64,000 bases of DNA from Felis catus (taxonomy: Eukaryota), in assembly GCF_018350175.1 (NCBI RefSeq), contig NC_058368.1, positions 157,792,001-157,856,000 on the forward strand, in the 5' to 3' direction. Positions within the stretch are counted from its first letter, which is position 1; the number at the start of each line of letters is the position of its first letter. Shown here one piece after another: positions 51,251-64,000 of the stretch. The position numbers and the translations under genes are program-made. The notes under the pieces were generated by a model. It searched no databases. It was not told the DNA's origin and worked only from the letters and a program-made list of their open reading frames with translations.

Positions 51251-51734
51251 CTGTATGTGTTTTGTGTTTGTGTGTGTGTGTTTATAATTTATGTACAATA
51301 AACTGCATGCATATAAAGTATACAGTTGTGTACAATATTAAATCATTACCATAATTAAGATACCAAGTATTGTTAGAAGGTGAATATTTTAAAATGGAAA
51401 CTTTGTCACCTATCTAGATCAAGATCTGGATAGATCTTTTAGCAAGAGAAAGATGGAAAAATAGGTGTTGAGAGGCAACTAGTGATATCTGCCAGAATTT
51501 CAAGATTCATACATTCTCCCAAGGGTACCCCTCCAAGTAGCCCTCCTGGTTCAGTTTGGTAGACCCCAGGAGGGCTTGTAGGGAGACAGCCAGCACAGGA
51601 GTTTGCCTTGGGGTCTATTCTGGCCTACGTCTGCCTTGGCTGGTAGGATGACTTAGAGGTGAGTGTGATTTTTAGAGTCAGGCCTGGGTTAACATCCAGG
51701 TCCTTTTACTAACTCATTGTGTGGTTTTAAATGA

Positions 51735-51855
51735 TTTATTTCAGTGAATATTTATTGAGCACCAACTATGTACCAGGTACTCTGCCATTCCTTGGACATA
51801 CAGCAGTAAAGGGCAAACACAGTCCATCCCTTCACAGAACTTAACTTTCTGGTGG
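51735..51855 (-). mobile_element. L2 3' fragment
   Basis: atatttattgagcaccaactatgtaccagg. Confidence 0.65.
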
Positions 51856-52489
51856 CAACTGAGCCTTTTCTATAAAAAAGAATTGTGGGAAGGACATGTA
51901 AATGCTAGTTAAATGGTAATTGTTCAGAAGCTGTCCTAGATTTGAATTCATTCTCCTGAAACTAGTACTTACATTTGGAGCTTGGATCTCCCCACTAGAA
52001 GTTCTGCTTGCTTGATTTTGGATTAATCCCAGGAGTTCTGGGCTTTTTTTGGAGCTAATTAAGGCCAGCTAAACTGTGACCCTAAACCTCATTGGGTTAA
52101 GAGCACATGACCTAGTTTCTTCCCTCTGGGGGAAGATAGTTCTCAAATATCTTTTTGGAATCTAAGAAATTCCCTGCCTCTGAAAATCCTTCTGTTTTGA
52201 AGCTATTCAAGGACTCGAGCTCATTTCTTCCATTCCTCCCTGGTGACTCCTCTGAGGGTAACTCTGGTTTCTTTTTCCAGCAGCAGAAACCTGGGAATAA
52301 TCCTAGCACTCTAGAGATTGGACCACCTGAGAAAGCTGGAATTTATCCTCAATTATGAGGGCCTTGATTTTAAACCACAAGATCCGTGATTTCTTCCAAT
52401 GGAATGAAGAAATTCTAGAAAGATCAACAGTTCTCCTTCTTGTGATTTCTTTTGCCTTTTGATATCATCAAAAACAATGGAATATTATA

Positions 52490-52710
52490 ATTGCTTCTTA
52501 TTGAGCAACTACTATGAGCTAGGCTCTTTACATATATTATCTAATTTAATAACCTTGTTATTATCCTCCTTTTACAGAAAGGAAACTAAGTCTGCAGAGA
52601 TGACAAGCACTCTGCCCAAGTTCATTTAACCCACAATGGATGGAGTTGGGATTCACACCCCCCAGCTCTGTCTGACTTTAGGTCTCAACTTTTTAACTGC
52701 TATGCTATAT
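52490..52710 (-). mobile_element. MIR remnant
   Basis: ttattgagcaactactatg...ttttacagaaaggaaactaag...gggattcacaccc. Confidence 0.7.
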
Positions 52711-53570
52711 TGTGGCTGTTTTTAGAATTACCTATTCTTAGGAAATATTTATCACAGCCATCTTTGGACACAGTTTTGTGGAAATACCAAATACCTTAAT
52801 AGCTCTATTTCCTTTTTAGAACTCACAATTCAGCGATGTGTCCAAAGAAAAGTGGCTGTCTTTGCCAAACTCACGGATTCTTCACCTTGAGTCTGGAAGT
52901 TTACTTCCTGGCCTGGACCTGCATACACTTGCCAGTTCTGAGAGCTTGCTGTGCATCATGCCCGGTCAGAGACTATAGTTGGGCTCACTACATACACTTG
53001 CTTCTCTAGGACTGCCTCCTTTAGGAGTCCTTTCCTTTTCTCAGCCCAGAGTTAGTTGTATCTGAAGTGTGTTTGGGTGGGCACTTCCAATGTATCCCTC
53101 TGAGTTTGTGAGTTGAGGGGTAAGGAATGGAGGCTAGTCAAAACAAAATATTTCATGAATGTCCAAAAAGCATGTGAAAGACATTCCTCTTGAACTTTCT
53201 GATATTCCACTTCCGGTCCTGGGGCAGTTTCTCCCAAATACTGTGTTTTAGACATAATTTATACTAAAATTTTATGTTTGTCTAAAATTCAGATTTAACT
53301 GGTGGCCTGTATCTTATCTGGCAACCCTAAGTTGGACAATGTATTTATTATGATCATGACTGACTGGACCTGGGTTCTTATTCTTCTTTGCCTGTCTTTG
53401 TTACATTCTTCTCTATGTGGGATGATGCAAACATGTCCAAACACTGCATTTGAAGAACCAAGTCAAATGTTGCTTTTCCTGCTCCCTTATTCTTCCTATC
53501 AGAAGTAGTATCTTCTTCCTCTGAATTCTATGGCCTGGTTTTTGTTTGGTGTGTAATTTTGTGTTTTTAG

Positions 53571-53571
<1 letters not shown>

Positions 53572-53621
<50 letters not shown>

Positions 53622-53644
53622 GTTGCTGTTGTTGTTGTTGTTGT
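53572..53644. repeat. (TA)n followed by (TTG)n compound microsatellite
   Basis: Direct reading. Confidence 0.95.
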
Positions 53645-53650
53645 GTGTTT

Positions 53651-53844
53651 TTTGTTTTTTGTTTTAGAGAGAAAAAGAACATGAGAGTGGGGAAGAGGCA
53701 CAGACAGGGGGAGGGAGAAAATCTTAAGCAGGCTCCACATTCAGTGCAGAACCAGACCCAGGGCTTGATCACATTCCGTAGGATCATGACCTGAGCCAAA
53801 ATCAAGAGTCAGACACTTGACAGAATGAGCCACCCAGGCACCCC
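53651..53844 (-). mobile_element. CanSINE (older type)
   Basis: SINE body ending gagccacccaggcacccc. Confidence 0.9.
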
Positions 53845-54929
53845 AGTGTGTTTGAATTGTAGTTGTGTAAGCATTTCTCAAAGAGAAACTGAGACCCAGA
53901 TTCTTCTGGCCAGTGAAGTTACTACCCTAGAAGTTTCTCGCCCCTAGAAAGATTAAAATTTGTTCATGTTCAACAGAAACTAAAACTGCTTGAAGTCTGC
54001 CCACAATGGGAGTTCACATATCTGCATCATGTGCTGAGGTGGCCCTCAAGAGACTCATTTTTCAGGGAGAGAGAAATATAGCCCTGAAAGGAAGGGTTCT
54101 GAGATGATGAGTCACCTTAGAACCTTCCTATTAAGATTAGTATTCTTGGTTTGTCTCTGCTAGAATTTTACATATATGAGCCTTTTTTCAAATGTGAGTT
54201 TGAGCTTTTTTTTGGTGGCGTAGACGATATATCTGTGTTCTAATTTTGTCCAAAATAAGATGTATTCGTTTCTTAAAATGGTATCTGAAGTTTTTCATTC
54301 TTTTCTAGTCTGTGAAAGCCATTACTAACAGTTTGAAAATTGTCAATTCCTTGCAAATTTTCTATAATCTGTATATAAAAACTAAAGGGGTCTAGAACCA
54401 TATTCTAAAAATAATCTTTGAGAAAGTTTTAAATTCTCGTGATCATTGATCTTTATGAGTTTGTCTATATCTTCTTGATTCAATTTTAGATATTTTCTTT
54501 TTTTCTGTAAACGTATTTGTATTCACACTTTAAGTTTATTTTCATAAAGTTATATGTAATATTTCTAACAACTGAAAAAATCTCCTATATATGTTGATTT
54601 GTCTCCTTTCTTACACATTTTTAATTTTTCCTAAAGCTTGTTTTTATCCAAAAAAAAATTTGCTCACAGATTTGTTTTTAATTCTGTTCTTCTTTCATTT
54701 TATAATGTATTAAAATATATTTTTACCTTCAATTAATTCTTTTTGTTCTCTAGATTTGCTTCACCCTCTAATTTGTTGAAATTGTATGTCTATTTCTTTC
54801 ATTTTAATTGTTTTTTATTAATAATAAGACCTTAGGTATTGCTGATAGCAGCTTAAGGCATTTCACATAATTAAAAAAATTAGATACCATGTTATTTTTT
54901 CAAATGATCTTCAGAAAAGTAAAAACAAG

Positions 54930-56650
54930 AGAATGAAAACCATCTGTAATCCGACTAGCAGGTTTAACAAATTTTAACCTTTTGAGGTATATCCTTTTAG
55001 ATTGTTCTTTTTCCTCTGCTCTCTTTTTCCTTCTGAACATATGTATTTTTAAAAATGATATTGTGCTATATATGCAGTTTTACATTTCTTCACTTTCAGG
55101 TAATATTTTAATGTCATAAAATTCAAACCTATGTCATCATTTTTAAAAGCTGTATAATTTCCCACAATTTAGATATACCATAATTTGTTTAAAGTATCTA
55201 CTATTGATAAATATTAATGTTGTTTCCTATATTCTATGTTTATATATCTATTCCTATATTTCCTAATATCTATGTTTATACTATGTAATAAAACAGAGAA
55301 ATGAATAAAGACAGGAACCTATAAAAATACTGCATTGGAAATGATTGTACATAACTTTTTTTGCAACAATCTTATTATTTCTTCAGCAGAGGTTTCCAGG
55401 TAGAGAATTATATGGGGGGGGGAGGGGAGGTCAAAGGAGATGAGTTTATCAAGTTTTGATAAGTTTTGCCAAACTTCCTGCCAGATTGGTTGTGTCATTT
55501 ACTCTTCTACCAACGTATATGAGTGAGAATGTTTGCTCTGGGACCAATAGCTATAATTAATGGTTGTAATCATTGCCAATCTGATAGCATAATATATTTT
55601 TTAAACAACCTATTGTTGCTTTAATTTCTATTTTTTTTTTAACTACTGGTGAGGTTCAGTTTCTGATAAACTTATTGAGTAATTAGTTACGTAAATGCCA
55701 TTTATATATGTGAACACTTGTAATATGTTTGAGCCATTTAAACAGCACCTGGCACAAAACAAGTGCTGTATGTTGCTATTTTATTATTAATTTTAATTTT
55801 ATTTTATAAATTGCCTATCACTCTCCTTTACTTATTTTCTATTGATATTTATTTTTAAGTTGTCTTTTAATGGGAATTTTGAGTTCCTTTGAGCCCTGGA
55901 GTTAATGAGGAGGGTGACATTTGAATCTCTCATCTCTGCTTATGGAAATTTATTTATTAAATAAATAATATTAGAAATGTATTAAATTTCTATTTTAAGT
56001 TTTCTAGCTTTGCTTTTCTCTGCCTGGATGCACATAGCATTCATTCTTTCTCCTGAAATGTTAAAATTTCAAGAGGTGTTGGTCTTCTTTTGGGAATCTG
56101 CCATATTAGGGAATCTTTTGTGTTCTAACATGTTTCAATTTTCTTATATTATTTCTTTACTTATTGCTTCTGTCTAATTTTTTCTGATACTGTGTAAATA
56201 ATAGTAAGATTGGATTTTTGTTTTTTATCATCCATTAATAACATTTTTTCTCATCTTTTAATCTGGCCTTTTTCTCTGCGTTCTTAAAGAACCTTTTAAT
56301 TTTATTCTTCACATCATTAATTTTATTTTCTGCAGTGTTGATTCTATCCTTATTGCCTACTCTCGGGTTTATGATATTGCATCTTTTGGTCCCTTTCACT
56401 CCCCCTTTTCTTTTTGCTGCCTTTTCCACAAGTAAACCTCTATATAGTTTGTACTCTAACCTCATTTCACCTTTTATAGTTCATGTTTTCTTAATTTTAT
56501 TGGGGACATGAAGCACATATTTTCTAATATTTTCTTCTATTTCCTATATAGTAGGTATAGTCCTTGCTTTTTTTTTTCATCTTGAATGTTGCCTTCAACT
56601 TATTATGCCATAGAATATTTTTATAACTCTATTTCAGTACTTTTTCTCCC
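54930..56650 (-). mobile_element. Very old L1ME/HAL1-like fragments
   Basis: Old L1 3'-end motifs at 55.0-55.6 kb; ORF 56235-56465 gives ORF1p coiled-coil-like DRINTAENKINDVKNKI. Confidence 0.5.
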
Positions 56651-58974
56651 TGCTTCTCATTTTTGTGTGAACATTTGACTACCCATGTTTGGTACTGCTC
56701 ACAAACTGGTAGGTTAGGCTCCAGATTTCTGTTTTTAACCTTGATTGCAGCTTGATATCAGTTTTGTTATTGGTCCACAAAGCCAACTTCCACAGCCTGT
56801 GAGGAGAAAGAAATGAGGTGGACACTGGGTACTTGGGCAGAGAAATGTCGACTGTGTACTTTTCCCTCCATATTTGGTGAAGGTGCTGTGCAGGTGTCAG
56901 ATTTCTGGGTCCAGCTTTCTTTACTGCCTGTTTCTTAGCCAACTTGCCTTGTGCTTTATATAAGCTGCACCTGTGCCCTTCTTCCTTCCCAGCTGTAGTC
57001 TTACTGCTTGGTATGGCCTCTGTCAGAGTTCAGGGACATCAAGAAATACTCCTTTCAAATGCCAATGTTCCACCTCCGCAAATTGAAGCCTACGGGCTGT
57101 GTTCACTCTGGGCTGTTTTAGATCCCCCAGCCATCAGTTCTTGTCCCTCCAAGTAAGTGACTGTGCACAGGAGAATTTGCTAGTTATTCTTTAATGACTC
57201 GTCTTATCCACTTTTATCTGATCTACTTTATCTGTGGCTGAAACTCCTCTCAGTTTCTACTTTGTGAATGACATCTTCCCAGTTTCTAACCTGAAGCTGA
57301 TTTTCGTTTGTCTTTTATAACCCTTGAACCTTTCAATGGAAATCTGAGAATGGAGGTGTAAGGCACCTGTGCTCTGATTTACGTATCTAGATCTTTAATA
57401 GCCACCTGTTTACTTGAACATAGCAGACATATAAAAAACAAACAGATAAAAGCTAATGGCTGAACAAAAAATGAATACCATCTTGAGCTTAAGAGGTACT
57501 GTTTTTATGTGACTTTTGTATTATTTTTCTATATGATGAAAAGTATGAGGTTTCTTCACATTTTTAGATACTTCATATGGCAACAATGACAATCAGGTTG
57601 TGATCAGAAAAAATGCTCTTGAAATAGGTTCAAATATTTACTCTTTCATTTGTAAAATAAATTTTGTCTGCATTCCTTCAATGTGCTCTCCCTGTGTTAG
57701 GAACATCGGATATAAGGGTCAATAAAATATGGTTCCTACCCTCCTACAGGAACCTCACATTATAATATGATAATCTATCGGCAGCGACTGCTTTTTTTCC
57801 TTTCCAGGTCAGACATCAGAATTGTTTTTGGAAAACTGAAGTACTTAGGATAATGAAAGGTCTTTTTCTCTCTGGCAGTGGAAATCTTGTTTATTTGAGT
57901 AAATCAATGAAGGAATTATTTTACCAGGGGCTTAACAAGAGATTGGGAGAATGTTTATCTCACTAATCCTGGAGTAATGGAGGAAGAATTTCCTCTCTTT
58001 ATGGTTCCTAGACTTAGTGGAGTCAGGAAAAGTTAAACTTGACTAAGTTTAAATTTTCTTTTAAGTATTTTTTTGCTAAATACATGTGATTTTTTATTTT
58101 ATTAATAACTGGAATCAGTGTGCAATCATATACTTATTTTAAGTATTGCTATATTCCTGTCCACATATATAATAGAACATAAAGTATAGCTTCAATTTCT
58201 GGAGCATAGGCATTTTATTTTTGGACTTCCTAAATGCTAGTTGGCACTTATCACTAATAGAAAATATTTTGCCAACTAGAAATAGAGACATGCATCTTCC
58301 AGAGCCAAGCATATGGCTTTATCAAATTTAGTGGACATCTGTGGATTTTGTCTGCTCAGCCCCTAAGATTAAACTTTTTGGGTTTTTGGGTTTGTTTGTT
58401 TGTTTTTGGTTAAATTACTCTGATTTTTTTCCAGGTTAAATTACCCTGTTTTGGTGTGGCTATCAAATAAGGTGCCCCTTTACTCAAAGTATGGGAACAT
58501 GATTCCAGCTGTACTGCCCACATTGCCATAGACATGGTCCCTTAGTTTCTCTACCTTGATCCCTACAGTGACATAGTTCTGTCCTCCAGTGTGTGATTAT
58601 AAAGCATTTCCTTCAATTCTATGAGCTACCCTGTATCCTTCTAATAAATGTATTTTGACTTAACTTTAACTTTCTGTTCCTTGCAATCCAAAAATCTTCA
58701 TTGATAGAGACAAGATTTCAGTAAAGTTCCAAACAGTGGAATTAAGTAATATTCTAAATGTTTTAAATTATTTGTATTTTGGAGTATATTATCTTACTCA
58801 TTCCGAAGATAGTGCTTTATTTTTCTGAGAAATTATGTCCAAGAAAGTAATAAAGCCATAGGATAATTATCTGATACAGGAACAAGTTGGAACATGTAAA
58901 ATGATGGAAATCAGTAACTCTGCTCACAGTAGTATTCTTAAAGAAAACTCATTATCAACACTGTGAAAATCATA

Positions 58975-59140
58975 TGTCAGACACTATGCTTAGGGATTTA
59001 CAGATATTATTTTTTGTCTTTACAGCAAGTTTGCGAATAGTGTTAACCACATTTTATAGATGGCAGAGCTGAATGTTTGAGACTTGTTTGTTAGATGCTA
59101 ACAAGAATTTTAGCCCAGTTCTGCTCACTACAAAATCTGT
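58975..59140 (-). mobile_element. MIR remnant
   Basis: atgtcagacactatgcttagggatttaca...cattttatagatggcagagctga. Confidence 0.55.
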
Positions 59141-60877
59141 ACTCTGTGAAATGAGAGATTTTAGTTTTCTTAAAGTGTGAAATTCTTTGTTTCTGTGCTT
59201 GGGATGTGAGGTTGTAATTTTTACGTGGTGTTTATCCTTCTTTCATTAAGTATTTATTGAGTGACTATGTGGGTAAGTTCTCCATAAATGTATTATAAAT
59301 ATATTTATAATTTTTATAAATTATATATTTATAATTTTATAATATAATAAGCTATATTATAAATATAGCTTTGGGGAGTATGTTTTAAGAAGTAAGGATG
59401 ACAAAATAGCATGTAGAAGGGAGAATTTTGTACATTATTTAGATTACATCCGAAATATGTCTACTAGTTAAGGGCAAGGATAATAAGTATTTCTCATTTT
59501 TGTGCAGATAATTGCTCACAGTTTATTTCGGTTGACTCCAGAAAACTCTTATTTTTCCTTCTTCCCCTAATCCCAATCTACCTTAGTCATCTAATGTACA
59601 TTCATACTGTGCTATGTTTAGGGATCTTTCTAAGTTCTAGAAAATTTTAGTTCCCTTAATTTAGGGTATTACTATGTAGTAAGAATATAAACAATGTCAC
59701 TTGATAAAGAAGGCTGGAAACTTCTAAAAAGTGGATACAGCCCCAAATACACCAATGCTGTTGTTAATGTTTTGGGCATAACTGTATAGTGCCAGAGATG
59801 AATAGCCAGAATCACCACCTCTAAGGAGCTAGAACCTAATGATTGTGTTGAAACTTTTGTAGCATCTCTAGACAAATCTATAGCATCTTTATCCTTATCT
59901 TTTCTAGCACTCATAATAAGAATTGTGCAGAGAAGTGTACAATTAAATACTTTCCCTCCCTTATTCTTACACTATATGCTATCTCTGTGAAGTAATAGAA
60001 GGGAAGAGGTTAAACACATTGCCTCATTTCCAGTAGAACTTACTTAGTTTGTGCAGAAGAAATTTTCTGTGTGCTCAGAGATATCAATGTTTGCTTTTCA
60101 TGTAATGGAAAAAACCATAAAGGTAATGAGTAGACACTCTGGAAGCTGAATTGCCAAAGAAGCATAACCAGGTTTTGATTCTACCCATGCTGGATGGTTT
60201 TGTATATTCAAATTCATTACTAATGATTCATTTTATTTTAAAGACTTGGTCTACATGAGATCGTATTTGAAAAAATCTGTGCAGTTAGGGGACCATAGCA
60301 TTTATGTGTAAAATTAAACTGATGAAAAGAACAAAGCCAGACAGAGAGTATGAATACCCAAATAAACTATTTGGGACAAAACAGGCTAAGCAGTACCTAA
60401 GTGTGAGTTTGTGTTATTATTAAGCAGAGTGGCAGAAGATTTGAAAGTGATTACAGTTGGAACGTCTGACCATCAGTGTCAGCTTCCTGAAAAAACTTAA
60501 AGAACAAAACTTTATTTTTCTCATAACTGGTTTAGATATAGTAAAGTATCCAATTTCCTTTTTATTTCCTTTGAAACACTTTCTGGTGGTAATAGTGAGT
60601 GGAGATCCATCACCTTATAATAGAAAAACCAGTTATGGCTAGTTTTATGTTCTTTGTTCCGTCTTATCTCTTTGAACTCCTTAGGGTGCTAGCTAGGAGT
60701 CTTACTAGGCTCCTATGGGAGACTCAGCTCTCTGTGTCCACAGTGGGAGCCAGGAATATGAGCATATCTCAAGAGGCAGCACCAACTGCCCTTTCGATTA
60801 GAGATCCCTCTAGGTGGAGGTGGCTGAACTAGAAGCCCAAGCACTCTAAGTGTCTCCCAAAGCATAGCATCCAGATC

Positions 60878-61010
60878 ATTGGTTTTAAACCTGGCTGAGG
60901 TTTTAAAAATGCAGACTCTAGGGTCCTTGCCAAATATCTCAAACTAGCACGTCCAAGAGTGCATTCTGGAAATCTGCCTTCTTAACAAATAATCTGAAGA
61001 CCAGCTAGGA
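60878..61010. mobile_element. MER5-like hAT MITE remnant
   Basis: ttaaaaatgcagactctagggtcc...ggaaatctgccttcttaacaa. Confidence 0.5.
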
Positions 61011-63480
61011 TTCCAAGCTACAAATCTAAGTCCTTTGTGAAAAAGAAAAGACCCTCCCTCCTCACTCTAGCAGCACGGTTGCTGTTGTGTGTGGTGAGAG
61101 AATAGGCACTAGCGTATTTTAGAAGAGTGAGACCCCTGTTTGGGGCAAGCTTCTTGGTACATCTACCTTTTTAAAGACTCCGTCCTCCCCACCCTCCAAA
61201 AATGGCCAGCTTTACCATGTAGTAATCTGAATTTGACATTTTCATCCACTTTCCCATTTTCCAGCTTGGCTGTGTGCTGGCCACATAAGAAAAGTGACCA
61301 CATCCCTTAAAGATAGATGTTGACATATGATAATGTCAGTAATTAGTGGAGGTTCCAGAAAATGGAACTTTATCTAAGAAGTGCCAAAACTTTATTTTAA
61401 AAAGTATTAAAACTCCACTGCTTTCAGAAACAAAGTGTTGAACATTTGTATTTTTCTTGATGATTCAGAATTGTCATTAAAATAGGATTTTTTTTACTGC
61501 GTAGTGCACTGTATTAAGGAAGCTGTTGAAGAAGAAGTAGGTAGATCATTCCCTCCTGCAATTTTTATTTTGTGTTGTTGTTCTCATTTGGGTTTGCTTG
61601 TATGGTACCGTTGACTCCATCTCTTTGAGGGCAAGCTGCCTCAGTACTGCTCTCAGTACGCTTGCCTGGACAGGACCTCCCTTTGCTTTTCTGGTGCTAA
61701 CCTTTGCAGGATGCAGTACGAAATAGCTAAACTTTAGAACCAGGTCTTATTTAGAATGAGCCAGATTCTGGGCAAAGGTTTGGCCGTCTCTCCTGGGGTA
61801 ACTGTCCCAGCTTTGGGAGATGAATGTCATGACATATGTTCTGGCTGCCCAGAAGGTTTTGTTTACATGCTTACTTTGTTTACTGGTATATGACTGTGTT
61901 TCAGAAGACTGAGTTGTTGGAGTGATTAGTTATGACTAACTGAAGAGTTATTGTCTATAACATAAACCTGGAGTGAGCATTTGTTCACATGTGCCAACAT
62001 ATTCATTTTTAACCTGCTCATGGTCAAGAGAAAGGTAGAAAATGCCTAGTTGATATATGTGGAGCAAACAGTCAGAGCATTGATTTTTCCTTCCCTCTCA
62101 GGATACCAGCAATGCTGGATCCTGGGCTGACTTGACTTCTCTCCTTCCTGTTATTTTATTTTTGCCCCCAGAAAATCACTTGGCAGCTGTCATAGCCACA
62201 CAAACTCTTGGCTTGTTGGTAGCTTAGGAAAATTCAACCCTTTTCTGTTTGCTGATAATTAGAGCAAAGAAAAGCACCTGCTGGGTTATCTTATGGGAGC
62301 AAAGAAGGACTAATGCCCAATCTCCAAAGAAAACTACCACTTCTCTGGTTACTCTCCTGGGCAAGGAGTTCAGTGCCACAGAGCAACTGTTTGAGTCCAA
62401 GAGGAACGACATTCCTGGCTTAGAGGCTCAGCCCACAGTAGCCCCTTGGTGACAACAGACAGGACACCTCATTCCAGGAGACAGATCACCAAAGCAAATT
62501 ATTTATCTATATATCTTTGAAGTCAGTGAGAAGGGCTTCCTCCTGGCTTTCTGCTCTCTGCCATTAACACCATAAACTTAACTGCTAAATATGATAGAGA
62601 TTACCATGCATTCTTGTCTTCTCCTTTATTTCTACAAATCTTATCTCTCTCTCAGTCTGTGTTTCTCTCTTTCTCTCCCCCTTTGCTCCTGAAGCTTTTG
62701 GACCTATTCTAAATGAAGTATATTTCATTTAGCTACTTGATCACTTGGTGCACATTGATTGAGTGTAAGGAGAGGGAAAACTATTTTAACGGCTCATTGG
62801 GCTTTCAACGTCTGTAGTCAGCATGGTTCAGGCTGAACTAAATGGAATGGTATCCATGGTGAGAGAAGTGGAATGCACCAGGCTTTTGTGCCAAAGGGAG
62901 ATGAAACGTGTCATATATTTGGCCATGTTGGAAGTCAGTGATTTCAAAGTTCCAATCCTGAGTTTATCATTACAAATCAAGACAAGAATCGTAATAAGAC
63001 AGAATCAGAATATATTAGAACAAGTGGAAAAATAGGATGTCATTCAAAAAAGACTTAAAAATAAAACTAGATGGAAATGGGTTAGAATAAAAAGGTGTTT
63101 AATAATTAAAGTTTAGTTTGTTTAGTTGTAATATCAGTGACTTTTTTCTTTTAAGTAATTAATCAAGTATTTCAGCCTTTAAAGGACAAATTGTAAATCC
63201 TAACAATGATCTACAATGAAATAATTGTAATGTGCCAACTTGTACAATTCATATTTTTACACTGGCAATGTAAGAGTCTGAATTGTTTGCAAAAGAGATG
63301 TTTTGCTCTTCAGGTATGGAATTGACATGTGGCTTTTTAATTTTGTTTTTGATTTATTGTGAAAAATTATTGCCTGCTTACACTTTTGAGATTTTTTAAT
63401 TTGTGGGCCTCTATTCACTTATTGGTGGAAGAAGATTTGCATTCCTGTTGGGGCTTCTCTGCCTTAGAAAGGTAAGTGTA

Positions 63481-63715
63481 GGGGCGCCTGGGTGGCGCAG
63501 TCGGTTAAGCGTCCGACTTCAGCCAGGTCACGATCCTCGCGGTCCGTGAGTTCGAGCCCCGCGTCAGGCTCTGGGCTGATGGCTCGGAGCCTGGAGCCTG
63601 TTTCCGATTCTGTGTCTCCCTCTCTCTCTGCCCCTCCCCCGTTCATGCTCTGTCTCTCTCTGTCCCAAAAATAAATAAACGTTGAAAAAATAAATAAATA
63701 AAAAAAATAAAAAAA
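63481..63715 (+). mobile_element. Young SINEC_Fc-type SINE
   Basis: CpG-intact body and long A-rich tail; TSD AGAAAGGTAAGTGTA (63466-63480) / AGAAAGATAAGTGTA (63716-63730). Confidence 0.97.
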
Positions 63716-64000
63716 AGAAAGATAAGTGTAGCTGTTTGTAGAGAAAGGCTGGCCTCATAACTCTTCACCAATTTATCCAAGGACTAAATAATGACTTTTG
63801 GTTACATAGCTTCCATATGCTATTTTAATGTGTATTATTCCAGATTTGTTTTTCACAGAGTGATATTTACAGATAAGGGTAAAATGACATTGAATGTTAA
63901 AGAAGAAAGTATTGCTAAAGAACTATTCAAATACATAGGGCATTTGTCTTTATAGTTTATGGGTTGATTTTATACTACCTGTAATTCATTTGCAAGTTTA

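Noticed and set aside
53413..53805. 130-aa ORF with poly-Q and IY repeats
   Set aside because: It is read-through of a SINE plus the (TTG)n and (TA)n microsatellites.

Overview
Mammalian genomic DNA, AT-rich and dominated by repeats. It is almost certainly from a felid, judged from the tRNA-derived CanSINE/SINEC_Fc-type SINEs and the feline-type L1s. I found no host protein-coding gene, RNA gene, CRISPR array or prokaryote-like system. Nearly all long ORFs in the track are broken L1 ORF1/ORF2 pieces, their antisense shadows, or SINE read-throughs. The window holds two full-length but inactivated L1s on the minus strand (12199-18365 and about 26147-32119), three 5'-truncated carnivore/felid L1s, several ancient L1M fragments and 18 CanSINEs, most with readable target-site duplications (TSDs). 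It also holds Tigger2-, Charlie1a-, Charlie4- and mariner-like DNA-transposon fossils, MLT1 LTRs, MIR/L2 remnants and microsatellites. The most notable observations are: (i) patchy near-identity and shared odd substitutions between the two full-length L1s; (ii) a ~1.3 kb L1 reverse-transcriptase deletion replaced by a SINE with no TSD; (iii) two ancient mariner 3' ends in inverted orientation; (iv) a frame-preserving difference in the L1 inter-ORF spacer with an upstream in-frame AUG; (v) a motif-dense candidate enhancer near 39.3 kb and a candidate non-coding exon at 33.8-34.0 kb. Family names come from my recall of consensus sequences, not from a database search, and boundaries of old elements are approximate.
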